Shown here: positions 61,901 to 64,000 of the stretch, in pieces
How positions within the stretch are numbered: position 1 is the stretch's first letter
How the letters are laid out: each line of letters begins with the position of its first letter
Source of the DNA: Chrysomallon squamiferum
Taxonomy: Eukaryota; Animalia; Mollusca
Assembly: GCA_012295275.1 (NCBI GenBank)
Contig: CM022665.1
Coordinates: 40,734,001 to 40,798,000, forward strand
DNA: 64,000 bases
Direction of reading: 5' to 3'
The notes under the pieces: model-generated
Seen by the model: only the letters and a program-made list of their open reading frames with translations
Databases searched by the model: none
Told to the model about the DNA's origin: nothing
Translations under genes and position numbers: made by a program

Positions 61901-64000
61901 TTTTAACTTTTTTTTTTTCTTCGTTTTTGGGGAATGGAAAACTGCATTATGTGCTTTAAAGCAATCATATATATCCATGTCCTTAAAAACTCATGCTAAA
62001 AAAAATATCCACTGAAATATATATATGTTTTCTTATAATTGCTTCAGCGATAATTAGAATAACAACACCAGCAGCCACAGTAACAAAATTAACAATAACA
62101 GCAACAGGAATAATAATAATAATAATAAAATGTAAAAATAATGGTGCTTTTATTAAAAAGCTCAGATCATTTTACTCTGAACTGGAAAAAGAGAAAAAGA
62201 GTTAGTTGACCCGGTAACTACTAACATACCAAATAAATCTACTGGGAAACGCTTCATAAAGTCAGTCACTCGACACGTTATTAGTACGAGCAAAAACAAT
62301 CCATTATTATGTCATCAGTCTTGTTTACACATGTGTCAATGCCATGAGAGTAAACTTGATGTCACATCTGACCTTCCAGTTTAGTTGAACCGTCAATCAA
62401 CACGACCCGATTAGATTCTGCCATTTAATACATACGCATGCCACTGCAACCATACACATTTTATAGCAGCTGAGATGGCCCATTCAGTCATAGATTTATT
62501 GGCCAAAATGTTTTTACAAAAAAAAAAAAAAAAAAGAACAAAAAAACAAAACAAACAAAAAACCTGGGACAAGGTGTCATCTAGATCATTTCTAGTTTCA
62601 ACAAAAGTCGAGCAGCAAAACTATAGATTGTGACAAGACTAAAAAAATCTTCGACTTTTATAAATGATCTCTGTCAAGATAATATATATATATTTTTTTT
62701 TTTTTTGCTGCATAACAATGAGTCAGCAATTTATTATACGTGTTTGTGTGTGTGTGTAGACATAATAAATAAACTAATATTATTTTCAAATATCCAAATA
62801 CCGTGAAAGCAAAATGTTTCCAAATGCATTTCTGAGGTAAATGTTTATTTTTAATACAAAGTTCAACCAATCATGGATTATCACGAATATGTATGCGTAA
62901 TATATTCTGCATTTAATAAACAAGAGCATTTTAATTCTAAAACACTAAAAAGAAACACACACACACACATTGTTCAAATACGTTTCTAATAACTAAACCT
63001 TTAATTATAACATTTTGCCAAACTAATGGCAACAAAACCGACATTTACTTTGTCAACAGAACTTTACCCGTGTACAAGGTAGGCTACAATAAACCCTATT
63101 ATTCTTTAACATGTTGGTGGAAGAATTGAAGAAAGGTCAAACCTAGAACAGGGCACTTGTTCTGATTTAAATAACGCGTCCATACGATGACCAAACACGA
63201 GCGAGTTTGGTTTTCCTGTTTACATCAATATCACACAGGTGTCATGTTTACCCTGCCTCGTCCAGGTAAACGCCGGAATTTTGTTTACCAATCACATTCT
63301 TTCGTCTAACGGTTTAGCCGCTTCTGTACACGAAATACCAGAGGTTAAAAACTGCAGTCCACGTTTCTATTTCTTTTGTGTTTTTTCTCCCGAATTCATT
63401 TTTTTTTTTTTTCTTATTTTTATACAAGAAAGAAAAAGAAAATTTATGGAAGTATTCAGACGATTAATTTTTTTAGTATAATGTTACGTTATTATTATTA
63501 TTTTTTTTTTTTTCTTAAAATGTTTATGAAAAATTAAATAATATAATTTTGTGTGTGTGTGTTATTATTCCTTACAACAATGTCAACAGTGGTAGTAGCA
63601 GTAGCAGCGGCAGCAGCAATAATAATAATAATAATAACAACAACAATAATAATAATAATTTATTTTTTATTATTATTATTATTTTTTTTTTTTTTTTTTT
63701 TTAAATTAAATAGCTGTAAGATGGATATTGGTTACCATGAATGCTAAATAAATACAATTACATTTTATATCAGCCCACAGTAACAAAAATGGCGGCAAGG
63801 AGATTGGTTACCATGAATACCGAGTGACTCACTTCGCTCGAAGTACACAGGTAAAATGTCAAAACACGGAACACTGACAAGTTTTATCTGCGAGAACGAT
63901 TTCGTTTCAGTTTACATTAACCTTCTGTAAATACAAGTGATTCGCAACAGGTTACAATGAAATTTGCCCGTTGGTTGTAAAATCGTGAGACGGGTAACTA

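Overview
AT-rich, intron-rich eukaryotic (animal) genomic DNA. By inference it is a mollusc, probably a gastropod, judging from MetaSINE-like elements, abundant microsatellites and mosaic CpG depletion. No prokaryotic features are present. I assembled three spliced genes by hand with consistent GT-AG sites and phases: a coiled-coil plus C-terminal death-domain gene (+, 22718-25420, 4 coding exons, 341 aa), LCLAT1 (+, 29798-33804, 5 exons, 368 aa) and the secreted kinase PKDCC/VLK (-, 56574-40707, 6 exons, 494 aa). A fourth unit is a single-exon 629-aa disordered ORF (-, 20699-18810). The most unusual observation concerns that ORF. It fills an internal-looking exon, with an acceptor at 20800 and a perfect GTAAGT donor 33 nt after its stop. 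Further down the same strand lie a 267-nt exon ending ATG GTG|GTGAGT and candidate 37-nt and 12-nt microexons that read MVTYRQAVTDNAITWNDY. This suggests one transcription unit carrying two separate ORFs (bicistronic or cassette-switched), the second possibly an EML/EMAP-family gene running off the left edge. Other points of note: a 117-bp tandem duplication of an LCLAT1 splice acceptor, a head-to-head promoter, a CpG-depleted/CpG-normal boundary near 36.7 kb, and ETS, CRE and YY1/CTCF motif clusters in and around PKDCC. All calls are by eye; no searches were run.
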